Shown here piece after piece: positions 26,283-35,499 of a stretch of DNA of 64,000 bases. The position numbers and the translations under genes are program-made. This stretch comes from a virus (lineage: Duplodnaviria; Caudoviricetes). The notes beneath the pieces were generated by a model that saw only the letters and a list, made by a program, of their open reading frames with translations, was not told the origin of the DNA and ran no database searches. The stretch's first letter is position 1. Each line of letters begins with the position of its first letter. The stretch is from the IMG/VR virus record IMGVR_UViG_3300021387_003827, positions 1-64,000 of that record, one strand, 5' to 3'.

Positions 26283-28475
26283 TTATAAATTTCCAAATAT
26301 TTCGTTAAATTCTTCTTCAGAGATTATATATGTAGAAGAACCAATCGTAAACTCACTATTTTCCAGGCCCGAAATAAAATCTCTCTGTTGGATTCCATAT
26401 TGCCACTCCCCCATAAAAGGAGCAGAGGGAGTAGAAGACTGAGGAGATATTATTCTTTGTGTACCGTATTCTGAATATTGGGTTATACAGGGAATGGCAT
26501 CTACAAGGTCATACTCTACGGGCGTTTCGAGTTCGTAGTATAGCATTACGCCGGACATTGCGGTTTTGAAGGATGCGGCATCGTTGTATGAAGAATCTAT
26601 TACGTCAACTCTACCGTTTGACTTGTTTCTGTAAATACATTTTTCGGTACGCTCGTCTTGTTCTTTTGTAACATACTTAGCACAGAGAAGATTATTGCTT
26701 GGCGCCTGAAAAATCGCACGGAATATTTTTCCCGCAGTACTATCATACGTATCCCACGTCAGCGTACCCATATCCACCTCGCCAATCCTCTTGATGTACT
26801 TCTTCCTCTCGATGTCAATTTCGTCGTAGACAGTGCCAGCTGACTTAAGGCCACCAGTGAAGGTAATGTCTCCGTGTGGTTCATACTGTCCGTTGAAGGA
26901 GGAAGAGATGTTGATGCAGATGTCGTTGTTGTATGGAATTTCGTAATTATAAGTATGGAAATTCATATAACAAGCCCCAGCCGGAACGGTAAAAGTTCTA
27001 TTATTTACCTCAGTAACTGAGCCTTGACCAATATAATTCATAGCACCATCGTAGTAATGCGGATAGATGTTTGCTGAACCTGTTTTGGCATAATACATTG
27101 CTCCAGCAACAACAGGAATAGGATTGAGGTTATACAACCTGCCGTAGTCGCTTACAAGCTCACCAGTATCATTATCCCATCTCTTGTTATAACCACATTT
27201 CTCATCCCATATATTTTGACTATTTACCTTGATTGCGTTTAGTCCCAAGTTCAGCGTCCTCTCCCAATACGGTTCATACGTGCCGTTTTTCGCAGGGTTG
27301 GAAAGGTTGATGCAGGGTTCATCTACAATGTTCTGATTTAATGTGTTGCTATTAATTCCAAGAATAATCCAATAGCAATTGGCAGGAGTTGTAAACTGGT
27401 TGTTTTTCTTGTATGCTCCAGATATAAATTGACCGTTTACATCATAATAACCAATATAGCCAACAGCTTGATTATTTGGTATCATTTTAATGAAGTAGTT
27501 CGTCCCTGGAACAACACGCATCGGGAATCCCAACCCATATCCAGCAACTTCTGTATTAAACTCAACCTTGCCGCCATTTACGCTATAATTGGAAATATTT
27601 TGTGGAATATAATAGTCCCCGTTGGCGTAACCAACAAAGTACTCGTTTTCGCTGAACGGATGCGGTCCGAGATGTGTCCAATCTTCTGATGGAGTATAAC
27701 TTGTTCTTGCGGTTCTACCATTCACATTCAGTTGATTAAACCCAACCGTCTCAATCTGCACCGCATCGTTGGAAATAAGCGTTCCAGCATTGTAGGCATA
27801 ATACGAATTAGGGTAAAGCGCTTCAAACTCATCTACCGTGGACGGCTCATTGCCAGCGCCAAACATCTGCGTTAGGTCAATTAGAATAGGGCGGAAAACA
27901 ATAGGGGTGGAAATAACCGTACCGGATAGAACAGTTATAGAAATATTATCAGTTGAAACTTCATCTGTATTGTCGTTGATCATAGCCCCACCTCCAATAT
28001 CAATCCTGCGCGTAGTTACGTTCCAGATATAATATCCACCAATGAAGTAGGTTGTACTTGAGCCACCAGGAGGGCAGCCGCGCAGCAGGAATTTATGTCC
28101 AAATCTAACTCTATTTGCGGTCAAACTATACACTGTTAGCCGAACATCCGCTTCAGCTGTACCGCTAACTGTATAACTTCCGTCCCTATTATCAACTATT
28201 GTGATTCCGCTTTTTACCCTGGAGCTATCGTTTGGATTAATCTTCACCAACTGATTCCACACTAGCGTCTTTCCCTTAATTTTCTCTAACCTTGCTCCTG
28301 TACCAATATTATCTTGTGGGCATTTTCTATATAACCATCCCTCTTCTGCCTCTCCCTCGATCTTTTTGAAATCATTGGCGGTTCCGGAGTTTAAGGATAC
28401 ATAGTCCCCATCTTTTTGTGCAAATTTATTTAAAAGCCATTCTTTCAGGCCCGTCATTATTTCTTGTATTGTCAT
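26283..28475 (-). CDS. Fibre / receptor-binding-like virion protein with duplicated beta-rich modules
   Basis: Repeats YYD...FTxPA.C.....CIN.S...NGxYEP; KIKGKTLVWNQL, DLTQMFGAGNEP, YELETP motifs typical of gut-phage fibre proteins. Confidence 0.6.
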   Translation of the reverse strand: MTIQEIMTGLKEWLLNKFAQKDGDYVSLNSGTANDFKKIEGEAEEGWLYRKCPQDNIGTGARLEKIKGKTLVWNQLVKINPNDSSRVKSGITIVDNRDGSYTVSGTAEADVRLTVYSLTANRVRFGHKFLLRGCPPGGSSTTYFIGGYYIWNVTTRRIDIGGGAMINDNTDEVSTDNISITVLSGTVISTPIVFRPILIDLTQMFGAGNEPSTVDEFEALYPNSYYAYNAGTLISNDAVQIETVGFNQLNVNGRTARTSYTPSEDWTHLGPHPFSENEYFVGYANGDYYIPQNISNYSVNGGKVEFNTEVAGYGLGFPMRVVPGTNYFIKMIPNNQAVGYIGYYDVNGQFISGAYKKNNQFTTPANCYWIILGINSNTLNQNIVDEPCINLSNPAKNGTYEPYWERTLNLGLNAIKVNSQNIWDEKCGYNKRWDNDTGELVSDYGRLYNLNPIPVVAGAMYYAKTGSANIYPHYYDGAMNYIGQGSVTEVNNRTFTVPAGACYMNFHTYNYEIPYNNDICINISSSFNGQYEPHGDITFTGGLKSAGTVYDEIDIERKKYIKRIGEVDMGTLTWDTYDSTAGKIFRAIFQAPSNNLLCAKYVTKEQDERTEKCIYRNKSNGRVDVIDSSYNDAASFKTAMSGVMLYYELETPVEYDLVDAIPCITQYSEYGTQRIISPQSSTPSAPFMGEWQYGIQQRDFISGLENSEFTIGSSTYIISEEEFNEIFGNL

Positions 28476-28478
28476 ATC

Positions 28479-29543
28479 TTAATCAAATATAGCATCAAAT
28501 TCCGCTTGGGTCATTAATGATGTACTCGAAGCCAGGGCTGTTGCAGTTATAGTTCCGTCTACATGAAGTTTTGTAGAAGGATTAGATACGCCTATTCCAA
28601 CTCCAGAGGTCCCGAAATATATCACCGTATTTATATTTGTAACTCCACTTAAAGGAGCATTACTTATCGTCCCCGGTTTTCCACCACTAAAGAATGTTTG
28701 TCCCCAGGCGGTATATGTTCCAGTATCTGAAAGTTTCGCTGCACTATTTGCCACCCCTGAAGTGAAATATCCTTGAAGTGTGGTAACAGAGGCAGCGGTA
28801 GCATATTCTGTTGAGGTATATGCATTACTTCCAAGACCTAAAGCTGTCTGAAGTGAAGCCTGAGTTATACTACCACCAAGACTCACCGTTTCACCAGATA
28901 TAGACACCGATGAATTAGTAAGTTGGTCATTCGTAACTTTCCCACTAATTTCACTGAAGGAATATCCAGGTTTTGCCGATTCTAGTGCCCAATCTGATAT
29001 CCCAAGCGTACTTTGTATATTAGACTTTGTAAAGGAGGCAGAATCAAAAGGGGTATATCCTAAAGCAGTTGTCACCATCCCCGAGGTTATCCCGGTTATA
29101 TATGAACTATTGTCTAAGACCCAAGTATTCTCTCCATTTTTCCTAAGTAATCCGCTTGTTTCACTAATACCCTCAATGGCTCTCAGGTCATCTGTTCCAC
29201 TTATCTCTGAAAGACTATATCCTGGTTTAGAAGCAGCCAGAGCCCAATCATATATACCTAAAGTATTTTTGATATTCTCTTGGGTAAACTGTGCGGCCTT
29301 AAAGTAGTCGGATAATTTTCTTACTTCCCCATCTTCGATATCATCCAAATTAAGGGTTATATCTCCAGAGAGCGGTTTTGTATTTATCTTCCTACTTCCG
29401 GGGACATAAGAGGTATCATCAAGACTACCATCGGCCTTTAGAAATTGATTTGAGGTTCCCGAGGGCTTAAATATTCTTCCACCAACAGATAAATCGCCCT
29501 CTATCGTACCGGAACCTGCTTTAAATTTTATCTTATCTATCAT
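28479..29543 (-). CDS. Fibre-like virion protein with internal repeat
   Basis: Two FTxxNIxxTLGIxDWALxxxKPGYSxSEISG units; QFLKADGS; VGIGVSNPSTKLHVDG; ALGYTP. Confidence 0.7.
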   Translation of the reverse strand: MIDKIKFKAGSGTIEGDLSVGGRIFKPSGTSNQFLKADGSLDDTSYVPGSRKINTKPLSGDITLNLDDIEDGEVRKLSDYFKAAQFTQENIKNTLGIYDWALAASKPGYSLSEISGTDDLRAIEGISETSGLLRKNGENTWVLDNSSYITGITSGMVTTALGYTPFDSASFTKSNIQSTLGISDWALESAKPGYSFSEISGKVTNDQLTNSSVSISGETVSLGGSITQASLQTALGLGSNAYTSTEYATAASVTTLQGYFTSGVANSAAKLSDTGTYTAWGQTFFSGGKPGTISNAPLSGVTNINTVIYFGTSGVGIGVSNPSTKLHVDGTITATALASSTSLMTQAEFDAIFD

Positions 29544-30349
29544 TATTTATTATCTTTTCTTTTCTTATTATAGTCGTAGATAGTTTTTCCACCAACCAGA
29601 GCCGCTGAACCAAGAGCTATAATTTTCTTTCCTTTCTTGGACTTGGCGAAATTTCCTACTTTCTTTCCTCCCTTGGCCAGTTTTTCAATCCTATCTATAA
29701 CTTCCTTATCCCTAGTGACAAGTTTCTTAGGACCTTCAGATTTATATATAGCCCTTCTTGTCACTCTATTAATCTTTTCCTCATCTAGTCCTTTCTCCAG
29801 GGCTTTTGCAGCACCAAGACCCATGAGAGCTCCAGCACCAATACCTGTTCCCCACACAGTCTTCTTCCTCTCCTCCGGCTGTTTTTCTGAAAATAACTTT
29901 CTTCTTTTCATATCTAATTTTGATTTTTCCCAAGGTTCTAATACCTCACTCCATGACCACTTATATATCTTAGCCACAGTCTGTCTTGGTCCGTAATGAT
30001 AGGTGGATTCTTCTTTCTTCCGACCAATCCTTATCTCACCAATTTTTTCTACTCTAAGATCCACCAGATACCAATGCTCCTTCCCATAGAGATTCATAAA
30101 ATATGGGACATCATGAATTTCTGGATCTATAAGATTATCTTTCCTTAAGTATTTCGGTTTATATACAGAAAATACCATACCTTCCAGATTTTCCCCAAGC
30201 CTCGAAGAAAGAGCATCACTTATATTATCATAAAGCTGTATTCTGGGAAGATCATTGTCTATAAATTTCCCTTTGGTCAAGAAATTATTAGGAATCTCGG
30301 GTGATATAAACTTATTCTCCAGATTTCCGTTCTCCGCTATTAGTATCAT
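29543..30349 (-). CDS. Two-part protein: N-domain (possibly ART-like) fused to an internal leader MKRRKLFS and a Gly-zipper tail-anchored unit
   Basis: Start at M33 of track ORF; PRIQLY...VYKP...DVP...EHW; internal MKRRKLFSE. Confidence 0.6.
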   Translation of the reverse strand: MILIAENGNLENKFISPEIPNNFLTKGKFIDNDLPRIQLYDNISDALSSRLGENLEGMVFSVYKPKYLRKDNLIDPEIHDVPYFMNLYGKEHWYLVDLRVEKIGEIRIGRKKEESTYHYGPRQTVAKIYKWSWSEVLEPWEKSKLDMKRRKLFSEKQPEERKKTVWGTGIGAGALMGLGAAKALEKGLDEEKINRVTRRAIYKSEGPKKLVTRDKEVIDRIEKLAKGGKKVGNFAKSKKGKKIIALGSAALVGGKTIYDYNKKRKDNK

Positions 30350-30920
30350 TTTTCTTATCCTCCAGGTAGGCTTTCTTTCGTAAGTTCTTCTTATAGTTGT
30401 CAAGAGCATAAGAACCGGCCATAATTCCAGCACCGATAATAGCACCTCTCTTTCCAGCCTTCTTTACTGTCTTCCCGAAAGCCTCGTTATATTTCGGATT
30501 TCTCAGAATAGCTTGGAATGCCTGAGGTGGGAGCCCTCTTTTTCGCAGTTCTTCGGCAGTCTTCTTTAAAATCTTTACGCCCTTAGTGCTTTTCCCGATA
30601 TTATAGCCGGCTACAGTTCCCAAACCAAGCCCAAGGATCTTTTTACCAGTCGGAATCTTCTCTGTGTCTGGTTCATCTACTTTATTCTTGCTCCTAAATT
30701 TCGTTGAATCTCGGTAGTCATGCTTTATCTTTGAAGAAGTATATCCACTAAAAGCACCAAGGGTTCCGCCAATAAGAGCACCTTTCTTTCCAGCTATCAT
30801 ATTTCCGGCGGTTCCATAAAGGAGTCCAGACAAAGCAGCTGATTCGGCATTATCAATCTTATCCGTCTTTTCCAGGGCTTCTCTTGTCTTCTTGCCCTTT
30901 GAAAATAATTTAATCTTCAT
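30312..30920 (-). CDS. Leader-tagged multi-Gly-zipper protein
   Basis: MKIKLFS; four Gly-rich hydrophobic segments. Confidence 0.78.
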   Translation of the reverse strand: MKIKLFSKGKKTREALEKTDKIDNAESAALSGLLYGTAGNMIAGKKGALIGGTLGAFSGYTSSKIKHDYRDSTKFRSKNKVDEPDTEKIPTGKKILGLGLGTVAGYNIGKSTKGVKILKKTAEELRKRGLPPQAFQAILRNPKYNEAFGKTVKKAGKRGAIIGAGIMAGSYALDNYKKNLRKKAYLEDKKNDTNSGERKSGE

Positions 30921-30922
30921 TT

Positions 30923-31420
30923 TTAAATAGTTTTAATCCAGTCTTTCCAAGAGGACATATTCTCCAACCATGCCCGTCTTCTATTCTTAATTTTATATCT
31001 CTTCCAGGATATTTTTGTATAACCCAAGTCCTCCTGATTTGCATATGCCTCCATTTCAAAAGGAATAGAATAATATGCACCATCTTTAGGAAGTCCAAGA
31101 CCACAAACATAATACCATAGATAGAGACCATAATAAATAAACCAGGACCCACATTTTTGAGCCTGCCTTAGATGTATTCCCTCGTGATTCCATGCATAAA
31201 TATTATATATTCTCACCCTAGAGATTAATTTCCCACACCACATCATAGCTCCATATCCTTTGAAGGGGAAGTGTTTTAGGATTACGTTCTCTAAGGGAGT
31301 TTCTTCTGGTGGAACCTTTGAGAAGAATAATTTACATAAATATAATAATTCCTTTATCATATGTCGACCTGAAATTAAAGGAAAGACTGGGGTTCTCGGG
31401 ATATGCATTATGATATCCAA
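30923..31420 (-). CDS. HExxH zincin-like protein (start may be internal MIKELL)
   Basis: WNHEGIHLRQ ... AYYSIPFEMEAY. Confidence 0.7.
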   Translation of the reverse strand: MDIIMHIPRTPVFPLISGRHMIKELLYLCKLFFSKVPPEETPLENVILKHFPFKGYGAMMWCGKLISRVRIYNIYAWNHEGIHLRQAQKCGSWFIYYGLYLWYYVCGLGLPKDGAYYSIPFEMEAYANQEDLGYTKISWKRYKIKNRRRAWLENMSSWKDWIKTI

Positions 31421-31475
31421 CCATAACTTCTCCTTGCAATAGAATTACCCAGTCCATCCGATATCTATACATAAA

Positions 31476-31523
31476 TAAGGAAAACTATTAAATTTCTTAA
31501 AAAAATTGGGTGTTTTTCGTTCA
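31476..31523 (-). repeat. Left arm of 48-bp inverted repeat / extended leftward promoter
   Basis: 44/48 identical to the reverse complement of 35419..35466; ends in CCTTA. Confidence 0.85.
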
Positions 31524-31527
31524 TTTT

Positions 31528-31540
31528 CCTTATAAATAGT
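31528..31540 (+). promoter_or_regulatory. Promoter-like CCTTATAAATAGT directly before ATG
   Basis: Member of the CCTTA family; contains TATAAATA, the T4 late consensus. Confidence 0.5.
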
Positions 31541-32416
31541 ATGATTTATTGCTTAATTAACGAGGGAATTATAAAAATCGTTAAAAATGCTAAAGAAACT
31601 GAAAATAATTATCTCCTATATTCAGTTTCTGCTCCTTTTGAGAGAGTTAAGAATGACCTACGATTTTGGAAAAGACTTGACCTCTCTGGAGATTGCTACA
31701 AGGATGATCCCGGCCTTCACGACTACTTTATAAATCATGGGTGGAATGATAAATACTCAGAACAACAGAAAGTGGAAACATATGAGAGGGATGCTATTAT
31801 AGATGATTTTCTCTCAGTCTGTGAATCCCTTTCTATATCCCTTCCCCCACAACCATTTCCGAGAGAGAAGATTATATATGAATGTGATATATATAATTTC
31901 CTCTATTCATGGGTCGGAGTTGAAACATGTAATCTCATCTTTGACTTCTATGAGCTTGGGAAGAGACAGCAAGACTTTATCCTAGAAATTCAGAAAATAA
32001 GTGGAAAAGAGAAACTTAATGATAGATTAGAGGAGGGTCTTATCGAGTTTGGAGAAGATCATAAAATATATCAATTCTTCCCAGAGTGGTTTAGATTTAA
32101 TCATAAGATTCTTGGGGACACTGGCTTAAAGAATAATAGGAATCTAAGGCCGGAATATAGAAATAAAGGGCGTCTAGACAGGTGGAAAAACTTTGATGAA
32201 GATGCCATGAGAATTATATCTAAGGAGGTATTTAAGAGATTTGAAGTTGGAAGAATATATACAGGAAAATATATCAAAACAGAAATGCAGAAGATATATG
32301 ACCTCCTTGAGATAGAAAAGATGGCAAAAATAAAAGATATCTTTGAATATTTCGATATATCAAAATTCAATCTTAGAGAATCAGAATATAGAATTGTAAC
32401 AAGAAAAACATTATGA
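31541..32416 (+). CDS. Hypothetical protein, possible C-terminal DNA-binding domain
   Basis: FEVGRIYTGKYIKTEMQKIY...DIFEYF; function is a guess. Confidence 0.65.
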   Translation: MIYCLINEGIIKIVKNAKETENNYLLYSVSAPFERVKNDLRFWKRLDLSGDCYKDDPGLHDYFINHGWNDKYSEQQKVETYERDAIIDDFLSVCESLSISLPPQPFPREKIIYECDIYNFLYSWVGVETCNLIFDFYELGKRQQDFILEIQKISGKEKLNDRLEEGLIEFGEDHKIYQFFPEWFRFNHKILGDTGLKNNRNLRPEYRNKGRLDRWKNFDEDAMRIISKEVFKRFEVGRIYTGKYIKTEMQKIYDLLEIEKMAKIKDIFEYFDISKFNLRESEYRIVTRKTL

Positions 32417-33480
32417 AAGAAGACAAAAATTTCTTGGGGGATCTCATTAATGCAATATCCCCGTCAGGTTATGAAAAACTTGGAACCGATGTATTTGATA
32501 AGTGGGTGGGAGAAACTACCCGGGCCAGACACATTCTCCGCGACAGAAACTATAACTCATTATGGTCTTTGGGGAACGGAGACATAAAAGTTCTTCTCAC
32601 CGCACATATAGATGAGATCTCAGGCATAGTCCAAAGCATTGACGAGTCTGGTTTAGTGTCGATTATAAATGTCGGTGGAATGGATAGAAAGGTAGTTTAT
32701 GGAAGTAGTGTATGTATTCTAAAGGATGATGACTCCTCTATAAACGGATACGTATGTCATAAACCAATCCATCTCCAGGAAAACGAAGAATATGAAAAAT
32801 CTGACAAATTCAAGGATCTGAAAATAGATCTTGGTTGTGAAAGTAGAGAGGAGGTTCTCGCTCTTGGTGTTCATCCTGGTCTCAAGGTGGTGAATAGAAG
32901 AGATTACGACATGGACTTTGGAAATAACAGACTTCGTGGAAATGCTCTTGACGATAAGAGTTGCTGCTATATTCTTGGTCAGGTTGGAAAGAAGTTGTCA
33001 TCCTTAGACCCAGAGCTTCCGATATTCAAGAAATATACATTCATCTTTGGTGTAGTTGGGTGCGAAGAAACTGGACTTGAGAATGCTAGAATAGTCGCTC
33101 AAAATATAAATCCTGACATATCTATAGATCTCGATGTTACCTTTGGAGGAAAGAGAGATGGTCTATGTCCCGAGGAAGATGGAGAGGCGGAACTTGGAAA
33201 AGGCTGTGTTATAATGTATGGCCCGGATAAGAATCCTTCAGTAACCAAGATTCTTCGGAGAGTGGCTGAAGAAAAGAAGATCCCATATCAAGAACAAGCT
33301 TCCCGGGCCGGAGGTACTAACACAGCATCCTTTAAGAATTTCTCTCTAAATTGTGCTTCTGCTCTTATTTCTATCCCCGACGCTAATATGCATCAGGTAA
33401 ATGAGATTGAAGACTGGAGAGATATAGATTCTGCCATTTCTCTACTCTATGAAACCCTTATATGTGGATACTTGGAGTAA
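32413..33480 (+). CDS. M42-family aminopeptidase
   Basis: PSGYE, AHIDE, ALDDK, EETG, DVT, GGT, MH metal-ligand motifs. Confidence 0.9.
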   Translation: MKEDKNFLGDLINAISPSGYEKLGTDVFDKWVGETTRARHILRDRNYNSLWSLGNGDIKVLLTAHIDEISGIVQSIDESGLVSIINVGGMDRKVVYGSSVCILKDDDSSINGYVCHKPIHLQENEEYEKSDKFKDLKIDLGCESREEVLALGVHPGLKVVNRRDYDMDFGNNRLRGNALDDKSCCYILGQVGKKLSSLDPELPIFKKYTFIFGVVGCEETGLENARIVAQNINPDISIDLDVTFGGKRDGLCPEEDGEAELGKGCVIMYGPDKNPSVTKILRRVAEEKKIPYQEQASRAGGTNTASFKNFSLNCASALISIPDANMHQVNEIEDWRDIDSAISLLYETLICGYLE

Positions 33481-33696
33481 ATGATAAGGGTTAGAATATA
33501 TAAATCACATCTTATCTGGAAAAGAAGAGGATGGTTTGGTAAGTGGAAAGATGTTAAAGTATATAAAGAGGGTTTAGATCCAGAATTATATATAGTCGAG
33601 AACACTAAAGAAATAGAAGAAAAGGTACGAAATATAATGACTTGGGAAGATCTTAATAGTTTCGTTGGACCAGAATATAATATCAAAAAGATATGA
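33481..33696 (+). CDS. Hypothetical protein
   Basis: Abuts and overlaps neighbours. Confidence 0.6.
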   Translation: MIRVRIYKSHLIWKRRGWFGKWKDVKVYKEGLDPELYIVENTKEIEEKVRNIMTWEDLNSFVGPEYNIKKI

Positions 33697-34268
33697 AGAA
33701 TTTTCAAATTACAGACAAAGAAACAGGAAAAGTATATTGGATTTCTAGAGCTATGGCAGTTGCTGGAGTCATTTATGCGAAAGATAACTCTGGAAACTTA
33801 CACTTCCTCGTTGAGAAGAGAGGACCAGGTTGCCCAGATTATGTTGGATATAATGCACTTTGTTGTGGCTACTTAGATTGGGATGAGACCTTGGAAGAGG
33901 CTATGATTCGTGAGGCTTGGGAAGAAATGGGATTGAAAATAGATCCCACCCGAGATTCTATAGTTCCATTCTTCATCCAAGATAATCCTAAAGATAACTC
34001 TAGACAAAACGTTACCGTCCGATTTATGATTGAAGTTCCCTATGATTATATCGTGGAGGGACTCAAGAATGGAAGTATTAACGGAGATACAAAATCTAGA
34101 GGAGGCGAAGAGGGCGAGATTGAAGAAATTAATCTTATCTCTTTGGATGATCTTAAAGAACATAAGTGGGCTTGGAATCACGATGAAGTAATTAGATCTG
34201 TATCTGACATTCTCAACGATAAAGGAGGCGAGAAAGTTTGGAAATTAAAAAAGAAAAGAGGGAATTAA
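33693..34268 (+). CDS. Nudix hydrolase
   Basis: Nudix box GYLDWDETLEEAMIREAWEEMGL; AWNH. Confidence 0.92.
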   Translation: MKNFQITDKETGKVYWISRAMAVAGVIYAKDNSGNLHFLVEKRGPGCPDYVGYNALCCGYLDWDETLEEAMIREAWEEMGLKIDPTRDSIVPFFIQDNPKDNSRQNVTVRFMIEVPYDYIVEGLKNGSINGDTKSRGGEEGEIEEINLISLDDLKEHKWAWNHDEVIRSVSDILNDKGGEKVWKLKKKRGN

Positions 34269-34285
34269 ACCCTCTTTTTATTTTA
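34254..34285. terminator. Bidirectional terminator
   Basis: aaaagaggg-aattaaa-ccctctttt between convergent genes; same loop as 4957..4995. Confidence 0.75.
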
Positions 34286-34642
34286 TATAATATCAATATC
34301 TTCCTGAAATACATAATCTACAAGATCTTCAACTGTCGAGAATAGGTGAGAAGGACTTACAGTGAACTCTTTTATACCATAAAGAATTTCACTATCTTTC
34401 TGAACAACTCTATATACTACAAGACTATTATAATCTCCAATCTCTTTTACAAATACTTTAATACATTTACAATCGACTATTGTAAAAAATGTTTTTCCTA
34501 GATACCTAGATTCTAATGTTTCTCGCTGATCCTTGAGCTTGAGAAATTTATTTACGAAATCAACATCTTTTTCACAATAGTCGCGGAAGTCCTTCTTATA
34601 GTCGTCCTCTAGTAGAGATTCTATCCATTCAAATTCATCCAT
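34283..34642 (-). CDS. Hypothetical protein
   Basis: Preceded by TCTTATAATTGAT motif. Confidence 0.65.
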   Translation of the reverse strand: MDEFEWIESLLEDDYKKDFRDYCEKDVDFVNKFLKLKDQRETLESRYLGKTFFTIVDCKCIKVFVKEIGDYNSLVVYRVVQKDSEILYGIKEFTVSPSHLFSTVEDLVDYVFQEDIDII

Positions 34643-34675
34643 ATCAATTATAAGATCTTCAACCCTTATTAATGT

Positions 34676-35026
34676 ATGAATGAGGAGCTTATAATAGATT
34701 CACTTTTACAAGTAGACTCTTTTGATAAAGCCGCATCCCTCTTAAGCAAAAAGTGGTACCCTCGATATAATAGATTGAAGAGAAAGCCAGAGAAAGACCT
34801 CTTCATGGCCACTTCCGTCACTGTGACATCTATTGGTATTGGTACTAGTACAGGCTGGCCTACGCCTATTAGAATAGAACTCGTAGTTCTTGGTTTCAAA
34901 ATTATTATAGTTCCTAAAGGTACCACAGTACGTACGAGTGGAGGAGATACTATAGTTACCTGGAATGAATTTAATCTGAAAGGAGCAGTAGATTATATTT
35001 ATGAATATTCTGGTAGAAAAAATTAA
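34676..35026 (+). CDS. Hypothetical protein
   Basis: Preceded by CCTTATTAATGT motif. Confidence 0.65.
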   Translation: MNEELIIDSLLQVDSFDKAASLLSKKWYPRYNRLKRKPEKDLFMATSVTVTSIGIGTSTGWPTPIRIELVVLGFKIIIVPKGTTVRTSGGDTIVTWNEFNLKGAVDYIYEYSGRKN

Positions 35027-35321
35027 GAAAATCGATAGACCGATTGACGTATCATTTTTCACTAATTCGGTAATGCCTATATTTGATGAAGCTCTATCCT
35101 TTTATCTTAGGGCTTCAGAATGTCCACGGATAAATCAAATGAAGAGATTTCCCAAAATGTATTATGGAATAGGTGTGTATCTTTTTGAAGAATGTATAGA
35201 GATCTCTGTATGGGATAATATGCATCTTATAGGAATAATTAAGGTATATCCCACCAAAGACCCTAAGCCTGATTCTCCAAAGTCTATATTCGAAGCCTTA
35301 GATATTATCTCAGATGGATAG
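35001..35321 (+). CDS. Hypothetical protein
   Basis: Overlaps upstream gene; followed by terminator. Confidence 0.6.
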   Translation: MNILVEKIKKIDRPIDVSFFTNSVMPIFDEALSFYLRASECPRINQMKRFPKMYYGIGVYLFEECIEISVWDNMHLIGIIKVYPTKDPKPDSPKSIFEALDIISDG

Positions 35322-35344
35322 TAAGTGGACCAGGATCTCAAACT

Positions 35345-35372
35345 AAAAGAAGGAATTTAAGCCTTCTTTTTT
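35345..35372 (+). terminator. Intrinsic terminator
   Basis: aaaagaagg-aatttaag-ccttctttttt. Confidence 0.7.
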
Positions 35373-35418
35373 AATTTTTTGGTTATTTTTGTCATTTTTT
35401 GCCATTTTTTAACGATTT

Positions 35419-35466
35419 TGAACGAAAAACACCCAATTTTAAAAGGAAATTTAATAGTTTTCCTTA
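35419..35466 (+). repeat. Right arm of 48-bp inverted repeat / extended rightward promoter of the portal-head-tail operon
   Basis: tgaacgaaaaacacccaatttt...aaatttaatagttttcctta. Confidence 0.85.
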
Positions 35467-35499
35467 ATATATGAAATAATACTTTAATTTTGATATAGT

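Noticed and set aside
26283-28475. Diversity-generating retroelement target
   Set aside because: No adenine-variant template repeat or reverse transcriptase seen in the window.
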